DNA of 64,000 bases from Macrostomum hystrix (taxonomy: Eukaryota > Animalia > Platyhelminthes): assembly GCA_950097015.1 (NCBI GenBank), contig CATNEN010000001.1:14136001-14200000 (forward strand). Direction: 5' to 3'. Both the position numbers and the translations under genes were made by a program. The notes beneath the pieces were generated by a model that saw nothing but the letters and a program-made list of their open reading frames with translations, was not told the DNA's origin and made no database searches. Positions 1-12,292 of the stretch are shown here, piece by piece. Positions within the stretch are counted from its first letter, which is position 1. Each line of letters starts with the position of its first letter.

Positions 1-324
1 GTATCAATAATTTTATACGGCTATTGAGCGGTTTACTGCAGACAGCCGGAATATGCATGGCCGACCAGAAGATCGAATTGTATACACGCTCAGAATATTT
101 TGATGATTCCACTATATACTCGTAAATTGTTTCACTGATGCACACAAACTTTATTTCCTAGCTCTCACTGATCAGTAAAACAGTAAGTATATGTATAGTA
201 AATAATTTATATCTAAAAACTAAATATTACGATTATACAAACCAAACATTTAACTTGCTGTACTACTAACGTTTAAATACGAGTAGTATTTTAAGCATGT
301 TAGGTTCTGTACAGTAGATCAAAA

Positions 325-897
325 AATGTCCTTTTTGCGGACTGGAATCGGACTGTTGGAATTACACAATTTTTCATCTTTTAAATGCATAAGTAACGGA
401 AAATAAAGCCTTTTATGACGTTTTCAGCAGCTAACTCAAGAATTTTTTTATGGAACATCGTCCTCCTCGTCGCCCTATAGAGGACTCAAAACGGACCGCG
501 GACGCGTCGGCCTTTTGCGGACTAATTTCGGACTGTGCGAATTACACATTTTTTCATCTTTTAAATGCATTTAGAACTGAAATCAAGGCCTTTTAAGACG
601 TTTTTAGCAGCTAACTCACGAGTAATTTTTTTTTGGAACATCGTCCTTCTCGTCGGCCTTTTTCGGACTCAAATCGGACCATTTTGGAGCCGGTCGACGC
701 GTCGGCCATTTTCGGACTAAAATCGGACTGTACGAAGTACACCTTTTTTCATCTTTTAAATGCATTATAAGTGAAATCAAGACCTCTTAAGACGTTTTCA
801 GCAGCTAACTCGATTTTTTTTAGCTGAGCTGTCATAGGGTTAGATCGGACCGTGGGCGTCGAAAAGACGTCTTTTCGACGATGCTTTTTACACCTGG
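325..897. mobile_element. Right end of an EnSpm/CMC-like DNA transposon (subterminal ~190-bp repeats plus terminal inverted repeat); element extends left of the window
   Basis: Three imperfect ~190-bp units (…cggactg…tttttcatcttttaaatgcat…agcagctaactc…). The reverse complement of the sequence ending at 897 (CCAGGTGTAAAAAGCATCGTC) resembles the left terminus at 8884 (CCCGGTGTCAAAAACATCGTC), and both carry GTCGAAAAGACGTC nearby. It abuts and interrupts a unit of the next repeat array. Confidence 0.55.
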
Positions 898-1290
898 CTG
901 ATATGTTCTCAAAACGAAGGTAAGAGCAGTATTTTTGCAAAAGTTCTTAAAGATGTGTGTATGACTACATCTTATGGTATTTTCGCGAAAATACTGATAT
1001 GCTCTAAACAAAGGTAGTTGGCGGTATTTTTGCAAAAGTTCTTGAAGTAGTGTGCATGACTACATCTTATGGTATTTTCGCGAAAATACTGATATGCTAT
1101 TAAACAAAGGTAGTTGGCGGTATTTTTGAGAAAATTCTTAAAGTAGTGTGCATGGCTACATCTTATGGTATTTTCGCGAAAATACTGCTATGCTATTAAA
1201 CAAAGGTAGTTGGCGGTATTTTTGCAAAAGTTCTTAAAGTAGTGTGCATGACTACATATTATGGTATTTTCGCGAATGCAGATACGTATT
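898..1290. repeat. Tandem array of ~4 x ~95-bp units with a palindromic TTTTCGCGAAAA core
   Basis: Repeated units …atttttgcaaaagttcttaaag…gactacatcttatggtattttcgcgaaaatactgatatgct…aaacaaaggtagttggcggt. Confidence 0.9.
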
Positions 1291-1689
1291 CTCAGACAAA
1301 GTGACTTGTACTTTTTTACCATCGACAAATTTAGTATATTTCTGCTAATTGTCAATAATCACGAATGATTTTTTTCGTGAAAATACAATATATACTGTGT
1401 ATCTGCGGCTTTTAAGAAAACGAGAATAGTTTAATCTTAGTTTAATCAGATGATAATCAAATGATTTCATTTGTTAATTTATTTATTTACTAACGAAATA
1501 ATCAGTGTTGACAATCATTAGCTTCTAAACAATATATAAGAGAGCTACAAACAGAACATATGAGATTCTCGGTTGTAAAGGGACGGGTATTAGTGGGGGT
1601 ATCACAATTGACACAACTGATAATAGTTTGGCAAATCAGACAATCAGCACATATTAAGTCAGGTGACACGACTGGGACAATATGAGCAT

Positions 1690-4600
1690 TCAGATGTCCA
1701 GTCTAGTTCTCGAACTGATCAGGCGCCCAGATCGCGTCCTGTATTCCGTTCGACGAACCATGAGTAGCTCAGAATCCGAGCTGGTCTCATTGTCATTGCT
1801 GACGTGCTGTTGTTCACCATCATCACCTTCTTCGTCGATATCGTCGTGAACGTTGCCTTGTCCAGCCGATGCTCCAAGCATCGGCGGTTGACTAAGACTG
1901 CGTCGTCTAGACGATGTAGACGAAATAGGCGATGGTCTTGCTGAATCGATGGCCGGCTTTGTCGACTCGGTGTTGTCCGTTGTTGAACATCTAGGACTAA
2001 CCGTAGCGGGTCGCATTGTCGACATTCGAGGTCGCTTCTTGTCAGTGGCCTTGCAAATGGACGACCGTCGAGTGCGTCGCTTGCGTATGCGTTGACTATG
2101 TGGCATCACAATGTCATCAGCAGGTAGAGGAGATGCAGCCGATGAATTGGTTGCGTCCAGATCAACGCTACAGGCAGAGCGACGCCGCTTCGTGTCGTTT
2201 TCGGCTGTTGGATGTCGTTGATGTCGACGATCAAGAGGCCGATTGCGACAGAATGTCTCGAAACATCCTCTGACGTCGTCGGCGACCATCAGATTGGCCT
2301 GCTGTTTGGCCAGGCGTCCATACGCATTCACGACACAGTTGCGCGATGTGTCGTACAGTGGCACCAGCTGGTCTAGCTTGTCGGGATGCGCATGCACATA
2401 GGCCGACAGTACATTTCGACGACCATCGCCCATGCGATAGGGCCGATCGATGACCAACTCGGCGCCCTGCTTGACAAGCGTGCTGAAACTTGTCGAGTCA
2501 CGCTGCTTGCCACGATGTGTAGGAAACAGCAGACATTTGCCTGGCCTGACACGGATGTTGCACTCGGCGAAGTATGGCAATAGAAAGTTGTCTATCCATT
2601 GCAGTAGACATTCGCCGACTTTGTGTGGCGCAGTCCAGCTTGCACCTTTACCACGACCGCCCTTTTTGTGTGCCACTTCGGTAGGCGGCAGGACTGTGAC
2701 AATGGTGGAGGACGTTGATACGCCGCTATTGAGTGCAGCATCCAAATAGCAACGCCGAATAGCGACCCATGGACGTAGTCGGTTGGCATGTACAATTGCT
2801 GCACAGAAGAAGGCCAGTTCACGAGTGATCGGCATACTAAATGTATTCCATTTGCCGACGACGTTGGCCATTCGACGTGCACATTGTCCAATGCGACCCC
2901 AGTAGCCCTTCACGGGTAGATGAGACCACGAATGTTTGGCGACCATATCAATCAGGCAGTCTAGCCGGTTGTGAATGATGCGCCATTCGTCAGTGGTCAG
3001 GAACTTATCCGTGTAGGACAGCTGGCGTTCGTCATCGCGCAGGTGATAAATATTCTCTTGCCGCTGACGAATCAATCCAATGCAAGCCTGTACATGTTAA
3101 TGGGTTATGAAAGAGAAAGTACATGCAGTAGCTTCTACAATTGTTCATGATATATCAACTAACATAGTATACAATATGCGACACAACAATACTGCTCACC
3201 ATGATTGATTCGATGCGGCTAGTCAACAGACCAGATACTGCAGTCTGATGATAGAGAATACCATCTTTGCGCGGGTCAGGACAGGCAGGCAATTCTGACG
3301 CGGCCTTGACAATGTCGGCATGCACGTTGGCAAACAATCCATCTGGTGGCGAGGTCAATTGGAACGCGTTCATAACACTAGGAGCACCGAAGTCGTTGTT
3401 GGCTGCTAGAAACTTCTTCGCACCGCTCAATATGTTATGAAGCTCGTTCATTCGTTGTCCAACAGTCGATGGTTTCCAGATATGGCGCTTCACTATCTCG
3501 TCCAAATCGAATTGGATGCGCGCTGGATTGATGAACCACATCTCGACTGTGACATTGATTGCGTGTAGGAGACGACTAGTTGTAGCATGATAGTTTCGCT
3601 GGATTGCTTTCCTACGGCTAACATGCGATGCGTTCTCTTCTACACAGCAATGACCCTTGAACCAGATGTCGCCGACATTGTCTAGTTGCTTGTACATGTG
3701 TTCAGATGCAACGTGGTAGTCTGGGCCGTCGAAAACAACAAGCCTAGACTTCTTGTGCCTCCGTTGCAATACAAGCTCCTCTTTGGCCGATCGCTCGTCG
3801 TCACTGACAGAATCATCAGTATTTTCCACGTCAGATTTAGAGGTCTGAGTCTCTGCTTGTCGCTGACTGACAGGGTTCAGCAAACTGACAGCATTGGTGA
3901 CTCCGACCGGAACATAGTCTGACGTATACTGGAGGATTGCTTCTGTCAGATTGACCAGATTCTGCAAGCCAGTACACATGCTATTAACGCGTGGATGCTC
4001 AGCGTTGTGGGCTTTCTGCAGAATCTCGTTTAGGCCGGCCGCATTCAGACGCAGTCCGTTGATATATTCTGTTCAGACGAAAATGGGGTGAAAATAAAAA
4101 TATGAATACTCAGTAACTCAGTTTCCTCGAAATAATAAGTAATAGTTTATAGCACTTACCAATCATTGCCATTTCATGTTTGGCTTGGATTAAGACAGGT
4201 ACGTCGCTATAATTGCTTTGCAGTCGATCCAAGTCATTGCTGACAATCTCGGCCATGTATGAAGATTGTACTTTGGATGGACCCGGTTGCGCATGCGGGG
4301 ACGTAGTTTGACGAACACCAGATGTCAAGTCACATAAACGTTTAGTTGACTGTTGCGTGATCGTCTGTTTGTTTGCAGAAGTACTCGCATACAGCTCACC
4401 TACGTCTACTACGGCATATTGTTCGTTGTCATCCAATTAAACACTGCCGTTATCGGATACCACCGCTATGTCTTGAGCAGCCGGTAGACCCTTACACGGG
4501 CGTGCAATGTGCCTTTTCAGATGACGCACATATTTGCCACAGTGCGGACATGGCGAAAGGACATTATCGACTCCCGCTTTTTGCAACCGGACAATCTTCC

Positions 4601-4775
4601 ATATATTCATGGCCTTGACTTCATAGGACGCAGATTCAGCTGGTCGCTTGCTTAATGGTACGCAATCCCAATCAAAAGACTCGACAAAGTCCTTGTGGTT
4701 CCGGATGAAATGCCGTCGCATATTAGAACTTAGAATCGTCATTTGACATAGGAAACAATTAGTTTGTGCGTCCAT
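1690..4775 (-). CDS. Zinc-finger plus tyrosine recombinase (Crypton-like YR) protein, 3 exons (4775-4160, 4068-3200, 3087-1690), with one in-frame TAA at 4439-4437
   Basis: Phase-consistent GT-AG introns (G|gtaagt…aacag|AA; ATG|gtgagc…acag|GCT) join four track ORFs. N-terminal fingers CxxC-x11-H-x4-H and CPHC-x9-H-x4-C. YR-like motifs NRLRPWVA (first Arg), LLFPTHRGK, MGDGRRNV (HxxR position) and LYDTSRNCVVNAY (H…Y nucleophile position). Low-complexity C-terminal tail. Confidence 0.7.
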
Positions 4776-5127
4776 TTTACCTGCTGAATTATTATTATCT
4801 CCTGAACTGCTTATATACTGCTTATAACAGAAGAAATTTTACAAAGATTTGCAAGCGAGCGCGCTTGGCTTCTGACTTAAGCTGCTATCGTGACCCGTAC
4901 GACAGTTTAATCACATAAACTATCATTTTCAAGGTTTGTCTATGGCGAAATAGCATAATATTGAACTCAATATATTTAACGTTGCTATATTGTCTACTCA
5001 TAGTAGAGTAGGTAGTTTCGAACAGCATATGAACATAAACACGAATAATTAATTGATTTATGATTTATGTCAACAATTTTAATCTGTATGTTGAGAAAGC
5101 CCTTAAATTATTGTTGATTATTCGAGA

Positions 5128-5980
5128 CGTATTTTCGCGAAAGTACATATGTATTCTCAAACGAAGGTCAATGTAGTCTTTTTGCGAAAATACTTTTGTG
5201 TCAATATGATTACTGTTTCTGGTGGTATTTTCGCGAAAAAACATGTGTCCTAAACGAAAGTAAAGGCATTATCAAAAGAAGGTAACAGCCGTATTTGAGC
5301 AAAAGTACGTTAATAATAATAAAGATTTATTTTCATTAGTAGTAAATTATTAGCAGATTTTTTTAAATTAGAAAAATGTGTGGTAATGACTGGGATTCGA
5401 ACCCGAGCCACCGGTAACTATAAAAGAATGCTATAGACCTGCACGCCAGATCACTTGTAACTGAATAGTGTGTTATCTGGCTATTTATATTGATTTTCTT
5501 TCGGATGTTGGATTTTTAATGATTTTCGTCTGCAAATGGTAAAATCTTGAGCACTTTTTCCATTTTTTCTTACAGAATGATAAGATTTATTGAGAGAATA
5601 TAGAGAGTACTGCTGATATTGCGGGTATATATTCAAACGAAGGTAGAACAGTATTTTAGCAAATGTACTTTAAGTGTATTACCATTGTTTATACAGGGCT
5701 ATGTATTTTCGCGAAAGTACATTTTCGCGTTATACTTTTGCGAAAGAACGAAGGTAAATATGTTCTTGCGTCTATGTAAACTCGGTGCATTCGGGAAAGC
5801 ACAAGAAAATAGTTCAGGATCAGGACAAAGAGATATATTAGTACTTCCGCAAACACGACTACATGCTCCGCAGTGCCCGAGTGCGAAAAGACATAAGCTT
5901 AGCTGTCCTAATTATAGAAATACACTACGGAGATCAAAAAAGGTCATTTGGTATATCCGTCCGTATTTTCGCGAAATGAC
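5128..5980. repeat. Degenerate copies of the ~95-bp TTTTCGCGAAA / AAACGAAGGT repeat family seen at 898-1290, same orientation
   Basis: tattttcgcgaaa at ~5130, ~5227, ~5705 and ~5965; aacgaaggt at ~5160, ~5636 and ~5747. Confidence 0.7.
5385..5455 (-). other. tRNA-derived (Pol III A/B box) sequence, degenerate
   Basis: Minus strand reads GTGATC-TGGCGTGCAGG (A box)…GGGTTCGAATCCC (T arm/B box)-AGTCATT. No convincing anticodon arm. Confidence 0.45.
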
Positions 5981-6087
5981 CACATGATCTGTTCTTTTTT
6001 TAGAAATACACTACGGAGATAAAAAAAAGGTCTTTCAGTCTTTTTGTGCGCAAGCCTACTGTTAGTAGTCAATATATCGAAAATTTG

Positions 6088-6275
6088 GCCCGGACTTTTT
6101 TGCTCGGGTATTTTTAGCCGGACTTTTTTTAAACCAGGAACCCGGACTTTTTTTCACATGCCCGGACTTTTTTGCTCGGTTATTTTTAGCCGGACTTTTT
6201 TGCAGCAGGACCCCGGACTTTTTCGCTCGGTTATTTTTAGCCGGACTTTTTTGCACCAGGAACCCGGACTTTTTT
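6088..6275. repeat. Minisatellite built on CCGGACTTTTTT units (~50-70-bp higher-order period)
   Basis: Repeated cccggacttttttgctcggttatttttagccggacttttt; this explains the KKSPAKNNRAKKSG ORF. Confidence 0.9.
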
Positions 6276-6644
6276 ACCACTTTTCTGGGTGTCTCGTACT
6301 GACCTTGAGCATGGATTTCCCTTTGTACTCGAAAGTTGAGGGGAATTCCACGAGACCCCTGTAAAAAAAGTCTGGGCTTTGGAAAAAAAGTCCGATGCAT
6401 ATTTTGTGAATAAGGAGGATGATGCAAGCATATTTAAATATAAGAAAAGTAAAATAAAATGAGCATTTCGCATTGAGCAGCACAAATGACTATGTAGCCT
6501 AATGTGGCAGTTTTATTTATTAGACTAGAAACCGTAAGCTTGAAAGTGTGATATTTTAGATTAAAATATAGTAATGTTCAAATAGATTCAATTAAATAGC
6601 GTATCTATATGAGATAGCTTAAAAATAATATTTCCTGATGCTGC

Positions 6645-8883
6645 TCAGTGCCTAATGCAGCTGCGGGCATTCATGAGTTCATCTCGAGCCCAGATGAACC
6701 CACGAATCCGACTGCCTTTTGCAAACTGGGGATTCGGCAACACAGCGACTTCACTCACCAGTGCAGGGAACTCATCGCTCTGGCCCGCGAAGACGAACGG
6801 CTTCTGTCCTCCGGCCATCCAGCTCGAGATTGACTGGGTGCAAGCAGAGACGATGACTTGGTTGTCACCCAGGAGATGAATAACTCGACTCGGGTAATGC
6901 TGCCAGGAGTCCACACGTCCTCTGCACGTTGTCCGCACGGCGGCCAGCACCCAGCAGTTGAGGCTCGATTCCGGTAGAGGCAGCGGCAATAGCGGCATGT
7001 AATGCACCTCCGGGATGTGCGCCAGCTTGATCGGCTGAACACCTTGCATGCACCCATCCGGCAGGACCTCGGTTGGACAAGTGCTTTCAGGCTGGTAGAT
7101 GTGAATCGGCCTGCTAAGAAAATATGCTAATGCAACGATTATTGGGTGATCGGCATATGTGCTGGGAAGCCTCATTTTTGTTAAGTAAGTTTCAAGCGGC
7201 TTATCGAGAAAATTAACAATACTCTCACCATTGGATGCGAGTACTAGGCCATGCTTCTCCAAGTAGTCCCAGGTGTCCAGCCGAAGCTGGACTGCATCAG
7301 CTTCAGTGCCCTCAGACCGCAGAATCTGCTGAATTGAGTCAAAAAAGCAATTGCCGAATGAATCAGCATTACCAATTAAGCAATTTAGTGACTTCGCCTT
7401 CGCATCAAGCATGCGAAGTGCATCGTCAATACTGAGCGCGGCTGGGGTAGAAGCGGCTGCAGGCTGCTGCTCTGCGGCACTCGCGACTCGCATGGGCACT
7501 CGCCGTGGAACCGGAATCGGCTTCCTCTTTTGCAGCCGAGCAGCTTGCCGGGCACTCTTCACGTTTAGGGCAGCTTGACGCTTCTGCGCTCTGGCTCTGA
7601 AAAAGGCTAGAGTGGAGCGGCTTGTCAAGTTAGGATGTGGTATGTCCTGGTAGACGGATGTTTTCCTTCTTTTAGTAGGAATTGCAGGAGCCTGGCCATG
7701 CCGCTTCGTTGGAAACGCGATTTCCTGAGCAGTTGCCTCGGCAGCCGCTGACACGGATGACTCCGGGCAGAATGCACCTGCTGGAAAACCGGAAATGATA
7801 CAATATATTTCATTGCGAAATGGCCAACGAGGCATTCAAAATTTAATGAATAGATTCTTTCGTCTTTATTTGACTTAAGGTTAGTGCATTAAGCCGTAAG
7901 CAAAAAGGCTCATAAACCCCAAGGCTCAAACCCCAAGGCTCATAAACCCCAAGGCTCAATAAGACCAAATTGCTGAAAAAACCCGATAAATCAATAGAAT
8001 CAACTGACAGTTCATTTGATCGGTGAATGCACTTCACAACTTGAGAGTGAGTCAAATGAGTAAATAAAAAATATCATAATTTTATAATTTCTTACCTGGC
8101 TGCTCCTCGTCACTTAATGCCGCATTGACCGCCGGAATTGTTTCCTGTTCTTCATCCGCTGGCATTGGACTGCTCTCAACCAGGTTGCTGCAACTGTCTG
8201 AGCTCTGCGGGTCAGAGGAGGGGTCCCCTTCAGAGCTGACGTGCTCGTCATTAGGCTGCTCGCAGCATAAATTTCCAGTCAGTCGGAACAGCAGCTGCTG
8301 CAGTGTGCGATCTGCATCAGTCTGAGCCGGCTCGGTCTGCAGCCGTTCAAGGTAAGCAGCCCCCAGAACTTCCTCGAAGCAGCGCTCAACAGAGCCGGCG
8401 ACCGTCCAGCACTTTCTTAAAATCTTAAACATTTTCGCTTCTGGCTGGCTAGATTGGCTCCCGCCGATGCCGCAGGCAACGTCCTGGATCACGGGTACAG
8501 GTGCAGGGTCCTGGCGCTTGCAGAGCTTGTCGTAGGCCAGAGCATCCGGATTCCGCGGATAGATGCGGATGCATAGATGCATCACCTCTTCCTGAAGCCA
8601 GCGCTGATGTTCTTAGGAGTCGCCCGCTCCATCAGGAACTCCCGCAGCATGCTGACGAAGCTCAATCTGCTGATCATGCTGCCAAATGCCACTTTCCGAG
8701 ACCGGTCCGCCAGAAGCTCTCGCCAGCCAGCTTTCAACGAACGAAAGATCAAGCGGCTGAAGGACATGCGTGGCATTCGGAACTAGGCCGTAGAGCATGA
8801 CCTTCTGTTGCCGCAGGTAGTCAATAACCTCTAGGGAGAATCTAGAGTCATGCAGATCTGTGAAAAGGACAACTGGGCGACGG
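6645..8883 (-). pseudogene. 5'-truncated, frameshifted pogo/Tigger-like DDE_1 transposase spliced to an OTU-like cysteine protease domain
   Basis: PVVLFTDLHDSR…VPNATHVLQPLDLSF / FRSLKAGW…NISAGFRK / IYPRNPDAL are DDE_1 motifs spread over three frames. Intron 8095-7781 (G|gtaag…ttccag|CA) is in phase with ORF 6645-7835, which has OTU motifs ADSFGNCFFDSI, TYADHPIIVALA and EVHYMPL. Confidence 0.8.
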
Positions 8884-11700
8884 CCCGGTGTCAAAAACAT
8901 CGTCCGGCGGACTCCGCTTTTTGGTCTATTGTACGCCTAACTTTAGTCGAAAAGACGTCCGCTTTGGGCCAACAAACGACCAATTTCGGACTATTGTAAA
9001 ATGTTGTAAACACTACTATTAGTAGTGTAGCTCTAAATAATCTGTATTCATTATTCTCTGGTATTCCTTTAAAAAACTTATTGAACATGAACAAAAATAT
9101 TTTGATTTTCTTATTTTAAAATGAATGTTATCGTATGTTTTTTTATTTTTAGTTGCAAATAAATTACTCATTACATAAATCCATAATAAATTACATTTGC
9201 AAGTTATAAAAGAAAAACTATTTGGAATACAAGTAAGCATGAGACAGATCTTGCTACAAAATTAGTATTTTTGAAAAATTACATACAGAAAGACAGAAGG
9301 CAAAGTATAAAATGCCTTAGCAGGAATACAACGCACAACAGGCAGCATAGACATGGGGTCAAAAAGTTACAAATTTAAATACATAGCAAGAAATATATTT
9401 GTGTACTATACGCAACGTAAATAACTAAGCGCGTTTCTAAAGCATGCACGAAAATAATTGAAAGGAAGACGAATAATTTTTATACGTCACAAACACTACA
9501 AAATTTTTGCTGTATAAATCAAGACATAAATACAATTTGGAGTATAAATTGTGCCACTCATGTCCCATTTTAGCTACTCAACCTCTGGGTCGTTAGTAGT
9601 AGCATACTAATTATTGTTCCGAAAAATAAACGAAAGGTGGGACTTATGAGTGAGAGACAATTTATAAATATTCATCTTCTGAGCTGCTGCTCGGAACTCG
9701 AGGGTGCTTTCGAGCCGCCGTAGCTCCAGATGCCGCAGCTCTGACCGCCGCACCTCCAGATGCCGCAGCTCCGGCCTCCGCAGCTAAGGCCGCTGAAGCT
9801 CCGGCCTCCGCAGATCCGACCGCCGCACCTCCAGATGCTGCATTTTCAGCCGCCGCCGCGTTGCGCTGCCCGGCACTGACCCGCCGCTCCTTTCCCGCCA
9901 GCCTCTCGGCGGCGTGTTTTAGGAGGTTTTTAATCTCCCTCTCCACGTCGCACTCCGATGGTCGACTTTGCTTGTGGTAGAGCACGGCGACAGCCTCTGG
10001 AAAAGAGTGTTGAAAGTCTCAATGACGAAATGCTCCTGACATGAGTGCCTAATTTGCCTATACCAATTTCATGTTGCCTAAATATGAATGAATATGATGA
10101 AAATCTTACCTAAGAAAATACTGATGAAATTGCAGAATCCCAGCTCGTTGTCCGACAACTCATCGCCTGGTTCGGCCTCGCGCAGTCTCGCCGACATGTA
10201 TCGTCCTGACCAATTGACGACGCACTGCATGTTGCTAGCAAGGCACTTGTTCAGCATGCGCTTGCATGTGTCGTGGACTGAGCTTCCCCGACAGCTACGG
10301 AGGCAGTCGGCCTGTTTGAAATTGATTTAGTGTATTTAGTGTATTGGTAGTATAATGTGTACAGTGGTCTAAATTTTTTTGAAATAGCTTGACTTTTAAA
10401 ATGTTGTGGTGTGATGTGAATAATGTGAATATGTGAATAATAGCTACACTATTAATAGTGTAGCTCTGAATAAAAAAATCGTGAAAGACAAAAAATAATA
10501 CTCACCAAACGCTCTTGCTGCACGCGGGAATTCCGGAAATTCACGTAGGCACTCCAACTCGAAATCGGAGAGAAATCCGGTTGCCCAGCGTTGTTAGACC
10601 GCTGACCGAGCTGCTGCACACCGAGCTGCCGCTGCTGCTGCTGCATAAATTCAGTCAGTCTAGCCGAGATAGCATCAACTGACGAATTCATGTCTCTCCG
10701 GAGAGCTTCGACAGCGGCATGTGTCTCATAGCATCTCCTAGCAGTCAGAGTCGCCAAATAGATGGCCGTCTGCAGGGATGCAGGGTCCAGGCCGCTTCTT
10801 CGCAGCCGGTTCTGCGTTCCGGCCATAGAGGAGCCCGGTTGGCCTAGGAATCTGCCATTGTCTGTTGACAACGTTGAGTGAACGGACGGGTTGATATGTA
10901 AGTTTGTAACTAAGCAAGTCTATTTGCGAATAACCAATCAATAAGATTGTGAATGGATCAGTGAGTCTCAATGATTCAATAGTGAGTCTACAAATGAGTG
11001 AATGCAGAAATATTATTTTGAAACCTTACCATCAGCTACTTCCTGATGGACCGAGCTGCTCAGCCTGCTCGGTGAACGCTGAATGTCTGATGCCGATGGC
11101 CCCGAGAATTTGGCACAGTAGTGGCATTGTCATGACCTGTGAATGTAAGCAGAGTGTTGGGGGAAATAAATTAGACTTTGAATCACTGTTTGTAAAACTG
11201 CTAGTAATTGATTGAGTAAGTCTGTGAATGAATTGAACAGTGAGTCTGTGAGTGAATTGAACATTGAATTGTGAATGAATGAACCAGTGAGTCTGAATCA
11301 ATAAATCAATGAGTTTTCGCGAATGGATCAGTGAGTCTGCGATCCGTGAGTTTTTAGATACGTGTTTGCATGGATGGATTGGATGAGTGAACCAATTTAG
11401 TCTATAGTCTAATAAACTCTTACCATCAACAATCGGAGATTCCATGGCGCTGGTTGAATGCAGGTGGTTCTCCTGGTCCTCCATCAGTCTTTGAGGTGTG
11501 GATGGGAATGGGATCAGTGTCGCGGTGCTGCTTAATCTCTGTAGCTGCGGTCGATCAGGCAGAGGCGCTGCTTTGGAGCCCACATTCCTCTGATTTATGG
11601 CCTCGGAAGCTTCCCTCTCGCTCTCCGATGAAGTAATGTTCTGTTTTAATTTTAGAAGGAAATGTGATGATAGGCAGTGTAATGACTTGTGTTAGAAGTC
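8884..11700. mobile_element. EnSpm/CMC-like element fragment: left TIR plus DUF4806 gene; transposase and right end not seen
   Basis: Starts CCCGGTG exactly where the DDE transposase is cut. Same terminal heptamer and same TIR-to-DUF4806 arrangement as the element at 44058. Right boundary approximate. Confidence 0.55.
9662..11640 (-). pseudogene. DUF4806/BEN-like accessory protein; exons 11640-11423, ~11136-11030, 10861-10506, 10311-10110, 9996-9662; 5' exons missing; one frameshift in the ~11.1-kb exon
   Basis: Spliced translation FSPISSWSAY…ERL|ADCLRSCRGSSVHDTCKRMLNKCLASNMQCVVNWSG…FISIFL|EAVAVLY…DVEREIKNLLKHAAERL fits DUF4806. Canonical splice sites. The exon starting AAC ATT (NIT) matches the exon start (NIS) of the paralog at 47085. 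Confidence 0.7.
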
Positions 11701-12230
11701 AAAAGGAACTCCAATTTCAAGTGTCTCGGCTCTCACTGGGAGCAGACAGAAAAGGAGGAACAGAAGAGTGTGTGGAGCCCCACCAGTCAGGCTTAACACA
11801 GTCTATGGCCGCCGGCTAGCCGGCCCCAGCTCATGCGTTTATTGTGCGCCTAGCCGGGGTGCCCTCATGGTGAGGTGAGCTGGGCTAGCCGATCGCAGCT
11901 CATGGGCCCAGCCGGGGTGCGCTCCTGGTGAGGTGAGCTGGGCTAGCCGATCGCAGCTCATGGGCCTCGGATATGGGATAGAAGGAAGGTGACGTTGGGC
12001 CAGCCAACCAAAAGCATGATTGCCATGCAAGACAAAGAGTTTTTCAAAACAGATAGGCTATCCTACTGTATGTGATTCCTTTAGTGCTTCGAGTGTACTG
12101 TATAGTGCTGATATTTATGTAAATCAGCGTAAAACCGCTTTTTTTCTTACTCAGCCTGGATTAAGAAATGAGTAGGCTTATATGATGTTCTTGTTGTTCT
12201 GCAAAACATACAATCATTAATTTAAAAAAA

Positions 12231-12292
12231 ATGAGTCGAACCAACGACCCGCAGTTGTCAGGCTGACGTGCTACCAGTTTCACCACATGACA
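12231..12292 (-). other. tRNA-derived (Pol III A/B box) sequence, degenerate
   Basis: Minus strand GTCATG-TGGTGAAACTGG-TAGCACGTCAGCCTGACAACTGCGGGTCGTT-GGTTCGACTC; acceptor stem incomplete. Confidence 0.45.
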
